This document shows, piece by piece, positions 1-7,126 of a DNA stretch of 42,796 bases. The translations under genes were made by a program, and so were the position numbers. The stretch's first letter is position 1. Every line of letters starts with the position of its first letter. Below the pieces are notes generated by a model. It searched no databases, had not been told where the DNA came from, and saw only the letters and a program-made list of their open reading frames with translations. The DNA is from Patescibacteria group bacterium (GTDB lineage Bacteria; Patescibacteriota; SICC01): NCBI GenBank assembly GCA_009694835.1, contig SICC01000002.1:1-42796 (forward strand), in the 5' to 3' direction.

Positions 1-855
1 TCGTTTCAGGCTGGCTTTGCACTTTGGCTTGACGGTGACTCGAACCTTTGGCATCTTGGCGGTCTTCTGGCTGTCTACTTGCTGAAGAACGGTGACTTGG
101 ATGCTGCCGGGGACGGCTTTCTTAGCCGAACTGTTTCCGCTACCTCCACTACTTGATCCAGCACTCTCACCGCCGGAGCTTGATCCACTACCACCCGCGC
201 TGCCACCTGAGCTGGATACCCCCGAACCACCCGACCCGCCGGCATTAGCCCTGGCGGGCAAGTCGTTCTTAGGATTCTTGCCGTTGGCATTCTTGTAAGT
301 CTTCTTATAGTTTTGAGCGGCGGCTTGCAAACGCTTATTAGCCTTATCGTAGTCGTTTTTGGCTGTAGCCTGTTTTGTCAGAGCAACGGCACGTTGACCA
401 AGCAATTCCTTCTCGCGACTGCAAGCCGACTGATCTCCCGAATTGCATTGTGCGTGAGCTTGGTCTTTCTGTTTTCGAATCTTATTTAGCTTTTCTGTAG
501 CCTGATCGTAATGTTTTTTTTGCTTGTTGTAGTTGGCGGCGGCTGTCACGGCTTCTTTCTCGGCCTTTTTCAAGTTCTTGTCGGCTTTAGCCTGTTTGGC
601 TGCCGCTTGCTGTCTCGCTTGGGCAGCTTGTTCCGCCCGATCTTGCTGTACGATATTTTCTCGGCGGTCTTGGACTCGACTTTTTTGTGCTTCTAGTGAA
701 TTGTCGCCTCCAGCTCTATAGCCTGGTCCGGCCGCGAAAATGGTTAGTGAGGCAATCAACCCAATCGCGACAACAAGGGAGACGGCGATGGGTATTCGAT
801 GTTGGCTGACCCAATGAGCAACTCGCCCTAGTATATTTTTTCGTGAACGAGCCAT
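1..855 (-). CDS. membrane-anchored coiled-coil / Gly-Ser-rich protein, partial (3' end lies beyond window start)
   Basis: Absent from the ORF track because it runs off the edge. Read on the reverse strand from ATG 855..853, the frame is open for all 285 codons to position 1. It begins MARSRKNILGRVAHWVSQHRIPIAVSLVVAIGLIASLTIFAAGP, continues with a Q/A/K-rich helical segment, then a GGSGGSGVSSSGGSAGGSGSSSGG linker. It starts 2 nt after the stop of the 858..1163 gene. Confidence 0.6.
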   Translation of the reverse strand, partial: MARSRKNILGRVAHWVSQHRIPIAVSLVVAIGLIASLTIFAAGPGYRAGGDNSLEAQKSRVQDRRENIVQQDRAEQAAQARQQAAAKQAKADKNLKKAEKEAVTAAANYNKQKKHYDQATEKLNKIRKQKDQAHAQCNSGDQSACSREKELLGQRAVALTKQATAKNDYDKANKRLQAAAQNYKKTYKNANGKNPKNDLPARANAGGSGGSGVSSSGGSAGGSGSSSGGESAGSSSGGSGNSSAKKAVPGSIQVTVLQQVDSQKTAKMPKVRVTVKPKCKASLKR

Positions 856-857
856 GG

Positions 858-1163
858 TTACCCCTGGCCCCCGGAATCTTGCAATGTTCCGTTAGATTCG
901 GTACCAATTTCTGGGATCGATTCCGCATCACTTTCGGAAACATCTACTTCACCTTCGAGGGAGGCCTCTTCTTGCGGAGTAATTTCCAGGGCATTCACTT
1001 GGGACGCTGACTGATCGGGAACGGCGTACGGCTGGTTCTCAACGGTCGGCTCGGCGGCAAACGTGCTCACGGCCGCCACTATGCTCAAAGCCACAATCAG
1101 GGCCACCAGCGCCACCCGGCCGGTGTGGCCGTGGAAATGGCTAGATTGTTTTTGCTGAGTCAT
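858..1163 (-). CDS. small signal-anchored acidic protein (unknown family)
   Basis: 101-aa ORF. N-terminal hydrophobic helix RVALVALIVALSIVAAVSTFAAEP is followed by a D/E/S-rich tail. A consensus promoter lies just upstream. Tightly coupled to the next gene. Confidence 0.6.
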   Translation of the reverse strand: MTQQKQSSHFHGHTGRVALVALIVALSIVAAVSTFAAEPTVENQPYAVPDQSASQVNALEITPQEEASLEGEVDVSESDAESIPEIGTESNGTLQDSGGQG

Positions 1164-1202
1164 CAGGATTCTCTTGGTATTGGTTTCTCTTGAAATTAGA
1201 GC

Positions 1203-1231
1203 ATAGTACCATTAAAGCGCGTGGTTGTCAA
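1203..1231 (-). promoter_or_regulatory. sigma70-type promoter (TTGACA-17-TACTAT) for the 858..1163 gene
   Basis: The reverse complement reads TTGACA ACCACGCGCTTTAATGG TACTAT GCTCTAATTTC. It is near-identical to the promoter at 1550..1578. Confidence 0.65.
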
Positions 1232-1258
1232 CATATGTAGTGATTGAGCCATGGTTCG

Positions 1259-1522
1259 TTACTTATTTCGCTTGGCCAGGTAGCGGCGCCCACCGTAGTA
1301 GACGGCGCTAGCGATTAAGAACGTAATGAATACAATCAGACCAGCTTGACCGGCCTTTGGCAGATCTCCCGGAGCTACGGAACCAACGGTAGCCCCGCCA
1401 GCGAATAAGCTAACCGCGGAAATAACCGTGACAATAGCTAGGCCGCTTAATAGCAAGCGCAGGTGGCTACCTTTGAACCAATTCAGGATTGATCGGAGCG
1501 GGCTGGGGATTGGGTTTGGCAT
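1259..1522 (-). CDS. small two-helix membrane protein (unknown family)
   Basis: 87-aa ORF with two hydrophobic segments (LLLSGLAIVTVISAVSLFAGG; GLIVFITFLIASAVYYGG) and a basic C-terminus. It has its own consensus promoter. Confidence 0.6.
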   Translation of the reverse strand: MPNPIPSPLRSILNWFKGSHLRLLLSGLAIVTVISAVSLFAGGATVGSVAPGDLPKAGQAGLIVFITFLIASAVYYGGRRYLAKRNK

Positions 1523-1549
1523 GCGGGGTTTGTTTTAGGAAATTAGAGA

Positions 1550-1578
1550 ATAGTACCACTAAAGTCCTTGGTTGTCAA
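1550..1578 (-). promoter_or_regulatory. sigma70-type promoter (TTGACA-17-TACTAT) for the 1259..1522 gene
   Basis: The reverse complement reads TTGACA ACCAAGGACTTTAGTGG TACTAT TCTCTAATTTCC. The -35 overlaps the stop codon of the upstream gene. Confidence 0.65.
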
Positions 1579-1802
1579 GGATTAGCCCATTTATTACACG
1601 ACACGTGAGTTTCTTTATTCACGGTTTGATACTTCCAGCTCAGGCAGTGTTGCCCACGGGCGGACTCTATTTGGACTTTCTGGGTCTGAACGTATGAGCT
1701 CGAGGCGAACGTGCTGACGGCGAGGATAATCGCACCGGAAAGCACGGCTGCCGCTAAGACACGCTTCCACGTAGCATCGAGTTTTTCCGAAATCCACTGC
1801 AT
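1575..1802 (-). CDS. small signal-anchored protein with two Cys (unknown family)
   Basis: 75-aa ORF with N-terminal helix VLAAAVLSGAIILAVSTFASSS. Its ATG overlaps the upstream gene's stop by 1 nt (TAATG). Confidence 0.5.
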   Translation of the reverse strand: MQWISEKLDATWKRVLAAAVLSGAIILAVSTFASSSYVQTQKVQIESARGQHCLSWKYQTVNKETHVSCNKWANP

Positions 1803-2110
1803 TATTCGAAGTGACTCCGGTTACCGAAGTACGTTCGTAGCTCGCTTTGCATCCAGAGGAACATGCAGACCAGAATGTAGGCGGCCATAAACAGAAGCAG
1901 ATCAGCGCCAATCGAGAGACCAGTCAGCGTACTCACGGTCTCAATTTGTTCTCGAACTGAACCGACTAATGCACCGACTCCGAGTCCGGCTTGGGATGAT
2001 TCGGTCGGGAAGAGCACGGCGGCTAGGAAAATCAGGCCGGCCGCAATACCAACGATGGCCACAATGACGACCGTTGCCATACCAAACCGTTCTTTAAGTG
2101 GGCGACTCAT
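1802..2110 (-). CDS. small two-helix membrane protein (unknown family)
   Basis: 102-aa ORF with hydrophobic segments ATVVIVAIVGIAAGLIFLAAVLF and LLLFMAAYILVCMFLWM. It shows 4-nt and 1-nt overlaps with its neighbours. Confidence 0.55.
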   Translation of the reverse strand: MSRPLKERFGMATVVIVAIVGIAAGLIFLAAVLFPTESSQAGLGVGALVGSVREQIETVSTLTGLSIGADLLLFMAAYILVCMFLWMQSELRTYFGNRSHFE

Positions 2111-2430
2111 GAGTGCTTCCGTAGTTTCTTAGTGGCTAGTTGCTGGACGTTGTCGAAGGCGGTGAAAAACTTGCTGAAGCCCCAGACAATCAGGTAGCTC
2201 AGGGTGAAGAAGGTGATGAATTTAAGAGCGGTATTGTCGGTTTCCAGGTACGGTAGAGCGTTGATCAGGTTCGTCACCCAGAATTCACGAACGAGGTCTA
2301 GGTCTTCCCCGGTAGAGCGTAAGTCGGCGACGACGAGGAAGAGGTGCCCAAAGCCAGCGACCACCAGGGCCAGGATGACCTTCTGGACGGTCGGCATAAA
2401 GATTTCTTTTAGGTTTTGGTTTTTGCTCAT
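2107..2430 (-). CDS. small two-helix membrane protein (unknown family)
   Basis: The ORF track gives 2107..2481. I trimmed it to the ATG at 2430 (MSKNQNLKEIF...) because a TTGACA-17-TATGAT promoter occupies 2453..2481. 107 aa. Confidence 0.55.
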   Translation of the reverse strand: MSKNQNLKEIFMPTVQKVILALVVAGFGHLFLVVADLRSTGEDLDLVREFWVTNLINALPYLETDNTALKFITFFTLSYLIVWGFSKFFTAFDNVQQLATKKLRKHS

Positions 2431-2452
2431 AGGAACTCGGAAAAATTGCTTA

Positions 2453-2481
2453 ATCATACGGTATCTGGGCACATTTGTCAA
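2453..2481 (-). promoter_or_regulatory. sigma70-type promoter for the 2430->1575 three-gene operon
   Basis: The reverse complement reads TTGACA AATGTGCCCAGATACCG TATGAT, 22 nt upstream of the ATG at 2430. Confidence 0.55.
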
Positions 2482-2501
2482 TCCCTCTGGCCTGCTGCCG
2501 G

Positions 2502-2530
2502 TTGCAAAAAACCCCTCAACTAGGTACTAT
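2502..2530 (+). promoter_or_regulatory. sigma70-type promoter for the BNR-repeat lipoprotein gene
   Basis: TTGCAA-17 nt-TACTAT, preceded by GG. It is divergent from the 2453..2481 promoter. Confidence 0.55.
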
Positions 2531-2560
2531 TCTTCGCTTGATACGATTACGATAGACACC

Positions 2561-3664
2561 ATGAACATACGAACTATAGTGCTTCGAACCGCCGCCACCG
2601 TGGCGACCATAGGATTAGTCCTTTCGGCCTCTGGTTGCTTGAACGATCCCCCGAAACAGTCGGGCGTATTTGCTACTAAGGACGCTGGTTCGTCGTGGAA
2701 CTCGGTTCCGGATTTGACCGCCACGGGCATCAAGAAGCCGAAAACCTATCCGCCGCTGGAAGTGAACGCGGTCGGAGTGAGTCATACTGACGCGAATACG
2801 GTTGTTGCCGGCACGAATAATGATATTTACTTCACCACTAATGCTGGCGGGGAGTGGAAAAAGCTGACTGAAGAATTGCCGACTTCGACCAAGGCCATGA
2901 CCGTTCAGGCCGCCCTGTTTCACCCGACCGAAGGGAATACGTTCTATTTGGGCGGGGTAAGTGGTGGTTACGGAAAGGTCATCAAATCAGATGATGGCGG
3001 CAAATCGCTTCATGATGTCTTTACGGTCTCCAAGCCAGGACAATCCGTTACCAGTCTCACTATCTCACCTGATGGGTCAACGCTCTATGCTGGCGATCAG
3101 CTGGGTAGCGTCTACCGTTCTCGCGACGGCGGAACTACCTGGGAGCGCATCTTTGCTCTTGAAAAGACTCCGATTACAGCCTTAGTACTATCCGGTTCGA
3201 ATGTGTTTGCGGCCACGGCCGGCCAAGGTGTGTGGCGGAGTGCTGACGGAGGCGCATTTGCTCCAGCCAACGGAAACTTACAGCAGAACAATCAAACGGC
3301 TTGGTCGCTGGCAGCTGGATTTGGCGGACTCTATCTGGGAACTGACAAAGGCCTTTTCCTGACTCGCGACTTTGGAGCCAACTGGCAGTCAGTAGGGAAC
3401 GCCCTACCGGCGAGCGGATCTCCAGTCCAAGCCATCGCGGTCGCGGGATCGAACCTTTACTTTGCTACCAACGCAGTGATTTACCGCGCTAACCCTGATG
3501 GCGGAAACTTCGTACCGACCCAGCTTAAGTTAGCCAAAACGGTGTACTCATTGGGAGTCTCGTCTTCGAATGAAACGCTCTATGCCGGTGCCAACGCTAG
3601 CGGCACCAATTATTCCTCCCGCTACGAGCAAGGTTTATCCGGCTTCAACATCGGCCCGAAATAA
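2561..3664 (+). CDS. BNR/Asp-box repeat beta-propeller lipoprotein (Ycf48/sialidase-like fold)
   Basis: Start moved to ATG 2561 (MNIRTIVLRTAATVATIGLVLSASGC), which gives a signal peptide plus a lipobox Cys. There are repeated S/T-x-D-x-G-x-x-W boxes: TKDAGSSWNSV, TNAGGEWKKL, SDDGGKSL, SRDGGTTWERI, SADGGAF, TRDFGANWQSV. 367 aa. Confidence 0.8.
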   Translation: MNIRTIVLRTAATVATIGLVLSASGCLNDPPKQSGVFATKDAGSSWNSVPDLTATGIKKPKTYPPLEVNAVGVSHTDANTVVAGTNNDIYFTTNAGGEWKKLTEELPTSTKAMTVQAALFHPTEGNTFYLGGVSGGYGKVIKSDDGGKSLHDVFTVSKPGQSVTSLTISPDGSTLYAGDQLGSVYRSRDGGTTWERIFALEKTPITALVLSGSNVFAATAGQGVWRSADGGAFAPANGNLQQNNQTAWSLAAGFGGLYLGTDKGLFLTRDFGANWQSVGNALPASGSPVQAIAVAGSNLYFATNAVIYRANPDGGNFVPTQLKLAKTVYSLGVSSSNETLYAGANASGTNYSSRYEQGLSGFNIGPK

Positions 3665-3670
3665 TATATA

Positions 3671-3759
3671 CATTTTCGAAGCCAAGGCTCCGAAAATGCA
3701 AACGCTCTTGAGCTAAGCGCTTCGCGAATGAATCGCGAAGCTCAAACCGTATGAAAACC
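3671..3759. repeat. 89-nt double-hairpin intergenic element, copy 1
   Basis: Hairpin 1: CATTTTCGAAGCC-aa-GGCTCCGAAAATG (3671-3698). Conserved linker CAAACGCT. Hairpin 2: GCTTCGCGA-atgaa-TCGCGAAGC (3719-3741). Conserved tail CGTATGAAAAC. Same length and layout as 6950..7038. Confidence 0.7.
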
Positions 3760-3766
3760 TCACACC

Positions 3767-3795
3767 TTGACGTAGGGGCTATTTTATTGTATGCT
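3767..3795 (+). promoter_or_regulatory. sigma70-type promoter for the cation/proton antiporter gene
   Basis: TTGACG-17 nt-TATGCT, 41 nt upstream of ATG 3837. Confidence 0.55.
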
Positions 3796-3836
3796 AAGGC
3801 AATTTTCAGGTATCTGACTAAACGTAAAGTACGCCG

Positions 3837-5534
3837 ATGGATAGCATTTTCCTACAACTTGGAGTCGTCATTATTGCCTCAGCGGCCCTTGGGCTGGTGG
3901 CTCGATTGTTACATCAGCCAATTGTGCTGGCCTATATCTTGGCTGGCGTGCTGATTGGTGCGGGCGGATTTAATCTGATTCCCGACACCGTCCAGACGCA
4001 GGACATTGCCACCATCGGCATTATCTTCTTACTATTCCTGATTGGTCTTGAACTCGATGTGCGGCAGGTAAAGAAAGTCGGACTCGTTTCGTTGATGGCG
4101 GGTGTTATTCAGATGCTGGTTGTAGCTGGAGGGGCCGTTGCCGTAACGCTCTTACTTGGTTATTCAATCGAAACCGCCATTATTCTCGGACTGGCCGCCT
4201 CCTTCAGTTCCACCGCCGTAGTGATGAAACGTTTGATTGATCGGCACGAGCTGGCTTCACTGCACGGAAAGGTTTCCGTCGGTATTCTCTTGCTTCAAGA
4301 CGTCGTGGCTATTTTAGCCTTGATTATCTTAAGCGGTGTCGGGCAAGGTTCCCTGGAATTATCAGTGGTCGGACTATTCCTGATCAAAGGGTTGTTGTTC
4401 TTAGCGGGAACCTGGCTGGTTACCAAGTACCTCCTTGGTCGAGTCTTCTTCCATATCGCCAAGTCGACTGAACTCCTCTTTTTAGCCAGTGTGGCTTGGG
4501 CGTTCTTATTCGCAATCATCTCTGAATACCTCGGGTTCTCAAAAGAAATTGGCGCATTTGTGGCCGGCCTATCTCTCGCCACGTTACCGTATAGCCTGGA
4601 AATTATCGGGCGGGTAAAACCGTTGAAAGATTTCTTCCTAGTAATTTTCTTTGTGGTTATTGGATTGGAAGTTTCCTGGTCAGTGATTGGTCATAATCTT
4701 TGGCTGATTCTGGCCCTGGCCGTACTAGTGCTATTCGTTAAGACGTTCGTTACCAGCGCAATTATGGTGCGGTTCGGATATCCCAAGCGGCCGTCGTATC
4801 TCACCGGGGCTGGATTGGGACAAATGTCTGAGTTCTCATTACTCGTCGTGTTGCTGGCAGCTTCACTCCACCAGGTTGACGAAGTAGTCGTCCCAATTGC
4901 GGCGGCCTTGCTCGCCCTAACCATTATTTTGAATACGTATTGGCTCGAGCTTAATCGGTTTGTGTATCCAGTGCTGTCAAAACCACTGAAGTGGATTGCC
5001 GGGTCGGTAAACCGCAAAGAGTTTCACCAAAAAGTACCTGACATGTCCGACCACATCCTGGTGTTTGGAGCTAACCGTATGGGAGCCAGCATTCTGGCGA
5101 GCTTGGAAAAACAGGGTCGAGATATTGTCGTGGTCGACCATAACCCGGAAGTAATTCGTCGGCTGCAGCGCCACGGCGTGAATAGCGTCTACGGTGATCT
5201 CGACGACTATGAATTACTTGAAGAAGTTGGTTTGGACTCGGCTCGAACCGTTATTTCAACCGTGCCAAATAAAACCGCCAGTCTCTATCTCATTAAATAT
5301 CTTGAAAAGAATAATCCTAAAGCCTTAGTGGTTACTACGGCCGAGCAGGTCGATGCCGCCTTAGCACTCTATGAGGCCGGATCGGACTACGTGATTGTCC
5401 CGCACTTGCTGGGCGGGGAACACGCCGCCCAGATTCTCGAAGGTGTTGACGTGCACTTGGACCGTTCATTGCGAAAAAAGCGTCAGACCCATATTCGGAA
5501 CCTCAAAGCCCGCAAAGCCGAGCTGGCTAACTAA
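3837..5534 (+). CDS. CPA2-family cation:proton antiporter with C-terminal RCK/TrkA-N domain (KefB/YbaL-like)
   Basis: 565 aa. Multi-pass membrane N-terminal portion (LLHQPIVLAYILAGVLIG...) followed by a Rossmann-like segment, HILVFGANRMGASILASL..DIVVVD. Confidence 0.85.
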   Translation: MDSIFLQLGVVIIASAALGLVARLLHQPIVLAYILAGVLIGAGGFNLIPDTVQTQDIATIGIIFLLFLIGLELDVRQVKKVGLVSLMAGVIQMLVVAGGAVAVTLLLGYSIETAIILGLAASFSSTAVVMKRLIDRHELASLHGKVSVGILLLQDVVAILALIILSGVGQGSLELSVVGLFLIKGLLFLAGTWLVTKYLLGRVFFHIAKSTELLFLASVAWAFLFAIISEYLGFSKEIGAFVAGLSLATLPYSLEIIGRVKPLKDFFLVIFFVVIGLEVSWSVIGHNLWLILALAVLVLFVKTFVTSAIMVRFGYPKRPSYLTGAGLGQMSEFSLLVVLLAASLHQVDEVVVPIAAALLALTIILNTYWLELNRFVYPVLSKPLKWIAGSVNRKEFHQKVPDMSDHILVFGANRMGASILASLEKQGRDIVVVDHNPEVIRRLQRHGVNSVYGDLDDYELLEEVGLDSARTVISTVPNKTASLYLIKYLEKNNPKALVVTTAEQVDAALALYEAGSDYVIVPHLLGGEHAAQILEGVDVHLDRSLRKKRQTHIRNLKARKAELAN

Positions 5535-5537
5535 GAG

Positions 5538-5567
5538 TTGCACTGCCCAAGGCTCGGTCGGTACACT
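5538..5567 (+). promoter_or_regulatory. candidate promoter for rpsA
   Basis: TTGCAC-18 nt-TACACT, preceded by GG. Confidence 0.45.
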
Positions 5568-5632
5568 AGGACACGGTCGTAATCATTGTTAATAAGACCA
5601 GGCCTCGATACTCGAGCCGCCTCATTCTCGCT

Positions 5633-6949
5633 ATGACAACGAAGAAATCATCAGACGATACTCCCGCCAAGCCGGTCTCCGGTTTCGCTAAACTGCTCGA
5701 CGCGGCTGAGCCGCCGGTGCTGCAGGTTGGTGAAGTGTTGGATGCGACTATCATCGCCAAATCCAAGAATGAAATTTGGGTTGATTTAGGTGGCGTGGCT
5801 ACGGGTTACGTTCCCGCTCGTGAAATTGGTGACGGTCGTTCATTCGATAGTCTCAAAGAAGGTGATGCGATTCATGCTTCCGTGGTCAATCGAGAAAATG
5901 ATGATGGCTACGTCGTCCTATCAATCAAGCGTGCCGCTCGTGACCGTACCTGGGTCGACCTGGCCGCTCTCTTTGAAACCAAGGATTCATTCCCGGCCAA
6001 AGTCCTTGAGGCCAATACTGGCGGGTTGCTGATGGACGTAAGCGGCGTTCGCGGATTTTTACCGGTCTCGCAATTAGCCCCGGAACACTATCCACGAGTA
6101 TCCGGCGGCGATCGCGACTTGATCCTCGAAAAGCTCGGTAAGTTTGTAAATAATGACTTAACCGTGCAAATACTCGACTTTAATCAAACGGACAACAAAC
6201 TGATTCTGTCTGAGAAGCTGGCCCGTACCAAGGAGACAGAAGCTAACTTATCGAAGTATGAAGTAGGCGATGTCGTCAAAGGTAAAGTTACTGGCGTCGT
6301 CGACTTCGGTGCGTTTGTTAGTTTTGCTGAAGGTCTAGAAGGTCTGGTTCATATTTCAGAAATTGACTGGAACCGAGTCGATGATCCTCGTCAGCACGTT
6401 AAAGTCGGCGACGAGATCGAAGCCAAGATTATTAGTATTGAAGGACCGAAGGTCTCACTCTCGCTAAAGCGGATGAAGGACGATCCGTGGGTCAAAGCCG
6501 CCGAGAAGTATAAGCCTGGTCAAAAGGTTAAAGGAAAGATTGCTCGCGCCACACCGTTTGGAGCGTTTGTTGAACTGGATGAAGATGTCTCTGGACTCGT
6601 TCACGTTTCGGAACTGTCTGAAGAGCATGTCGAGAATCCGCTCGATGTGGTGAAAATCGGCGACGAAATGGAATTCTTAGTACTTGAGATTGACGCCAAT
6701 GCGCATCGCATCGCCTTGAGCGTGAAAGGTTTGACCGACCCTGAAAAGGCCGTCAAAGAACGACAGCAGGCCGCGTCCAAACCAGCCGTCGATGACGTTA
6801 GTAAATTGTCTGCTGGTGTACTCAAAAAACTGTCCGATGCTGGCTACGGTGACATGGCCAAACTGAAGGCGGCGACGATCGAAGACCTCGAAGCCGTCCC
6901 GGGGATCGGTAAAGTCAGCGCCGAGAAGATCAAAAAGACTTTGGGATAA
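5633..6949 (+). CDS. rpsA: 30S ribosomal protein S1 (four S1 domains) with a C-terminal helix-hairpin-helix tail
   Basis: 438 aa. Repeated S1 motifs (GEVLDATII.., GDVVKGKVTGVVDFGAFV.., GQKVKGKIARATPFGAFVEL..GLVHVSEL). The C-terminus reads LEAVPGIGKVSAEKIKK. Confidence 0.9.
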   Translation: MTTKKSSDDTPAKPVSGFAKLLDAAEPPVLQVGEVLDATIIAKSKNEIWVDLGGVATGYVPAREIGDGRSFDSLKEGDAIHASVVNRENDDGYVVLSIKRAARDRTWVDLAALFETKDSFPAKVLEANTGGLLMDVSGVRGFLPVSQLAPEHYPRVSGGDRDLILEKLGKFVNNDLTVQILDFNQTDNKLILSEKLARTKETEANLSKYEVGDVVKGKVTGVVDFGAFVSFAEGLEGLVHISEIDWNRVDDPRQHVKVGDEIEAKIISIEGPKVSLSLKRMKDDPWVKAAEKYKPGQKVKGKIARATPFGAFVELDEDVSGLVHVSELSEEHVENPLDVVKIGDEMEFLVLEIDANAHRIALSVKGLTDPEKAVKERQQAASKPAVDDVSKLSAGVLKKLSDAGYGDMAKLKAATIEDLEAVPGIGKVSAEKIKKTLG

Positions 6950-7038
6950 CATTTTCGAACCCAAGGGTCCGAAAATGCAAACGCTATAGAACTGGGTCGT
7001 TTCGCACGTGACGTGCGAAACTTATTCGTATGAAAACT
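6950..7038. repeat. 89-nt double-hairpin intergenic element, copy 2
   Basis: Hairpin 1: CATTTTCGAACCC-aa-GGGTCCGAAAATG (6950-6977). Linker CAAACGCT. Hairpin 2: GTTTCGCAC-gtgac-GTGCGAAAC (6999-7021). Tail CGTATGAAAAC. It begins at the base after the rpsA stop. Confidence 0.7.
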
Positions 7039-7126
7039 GCCTTAATTAGACTTAGTTCTGCTCAAAAGGTGCATATGTAACGAGTAGTGCTAGAGCCACG
7101 CGCTTAGGCGCGGTATCCTATAGGGT

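Noticed and set aside
30-50. GGTTCGAGTC (reverse strand), resembling a tRNA T-arm
   Set aside because: There are no complementary T-stem, acceptor or anticodon arms around it, and it lies inside a coding frame.
100-290. Repetitive GGT/AGT/GGA/TCA-rich stretch that could be mistaken for a tandem repeat or CRISPR-like array
   Set aside because: It is an in-frame Gly/Ser linker of the partial 1..855 gene. There are no regular repeat-spacer units.
1615-1911. 98-aa minus-strand ORF in an alternative frame
   Set aside because: It overlaps two translationally coupled genes (1575..1802 and 1802..2110), which have clear hydrophobic helices. No independent signals support it.
2204-2560. 119-codon N-terminal extension of the BNR lipoprotein ORF
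   Set aside because: It would overlap the divergent 2107..2430 gene and both promoters. The internal ATG at 2561 yields a textbook signal peptide plus lipobox.
3751-3954. 67-aa ORF starting in the tail of repeat copy 1 (MKT...)
   Set aside because: It runs through the antiporter promoter and into the antiporter gene out of frame. The matching ATG in copy 2 gives only 16 codons, so the shared MKT start reflects repeat conservation, not a gene.
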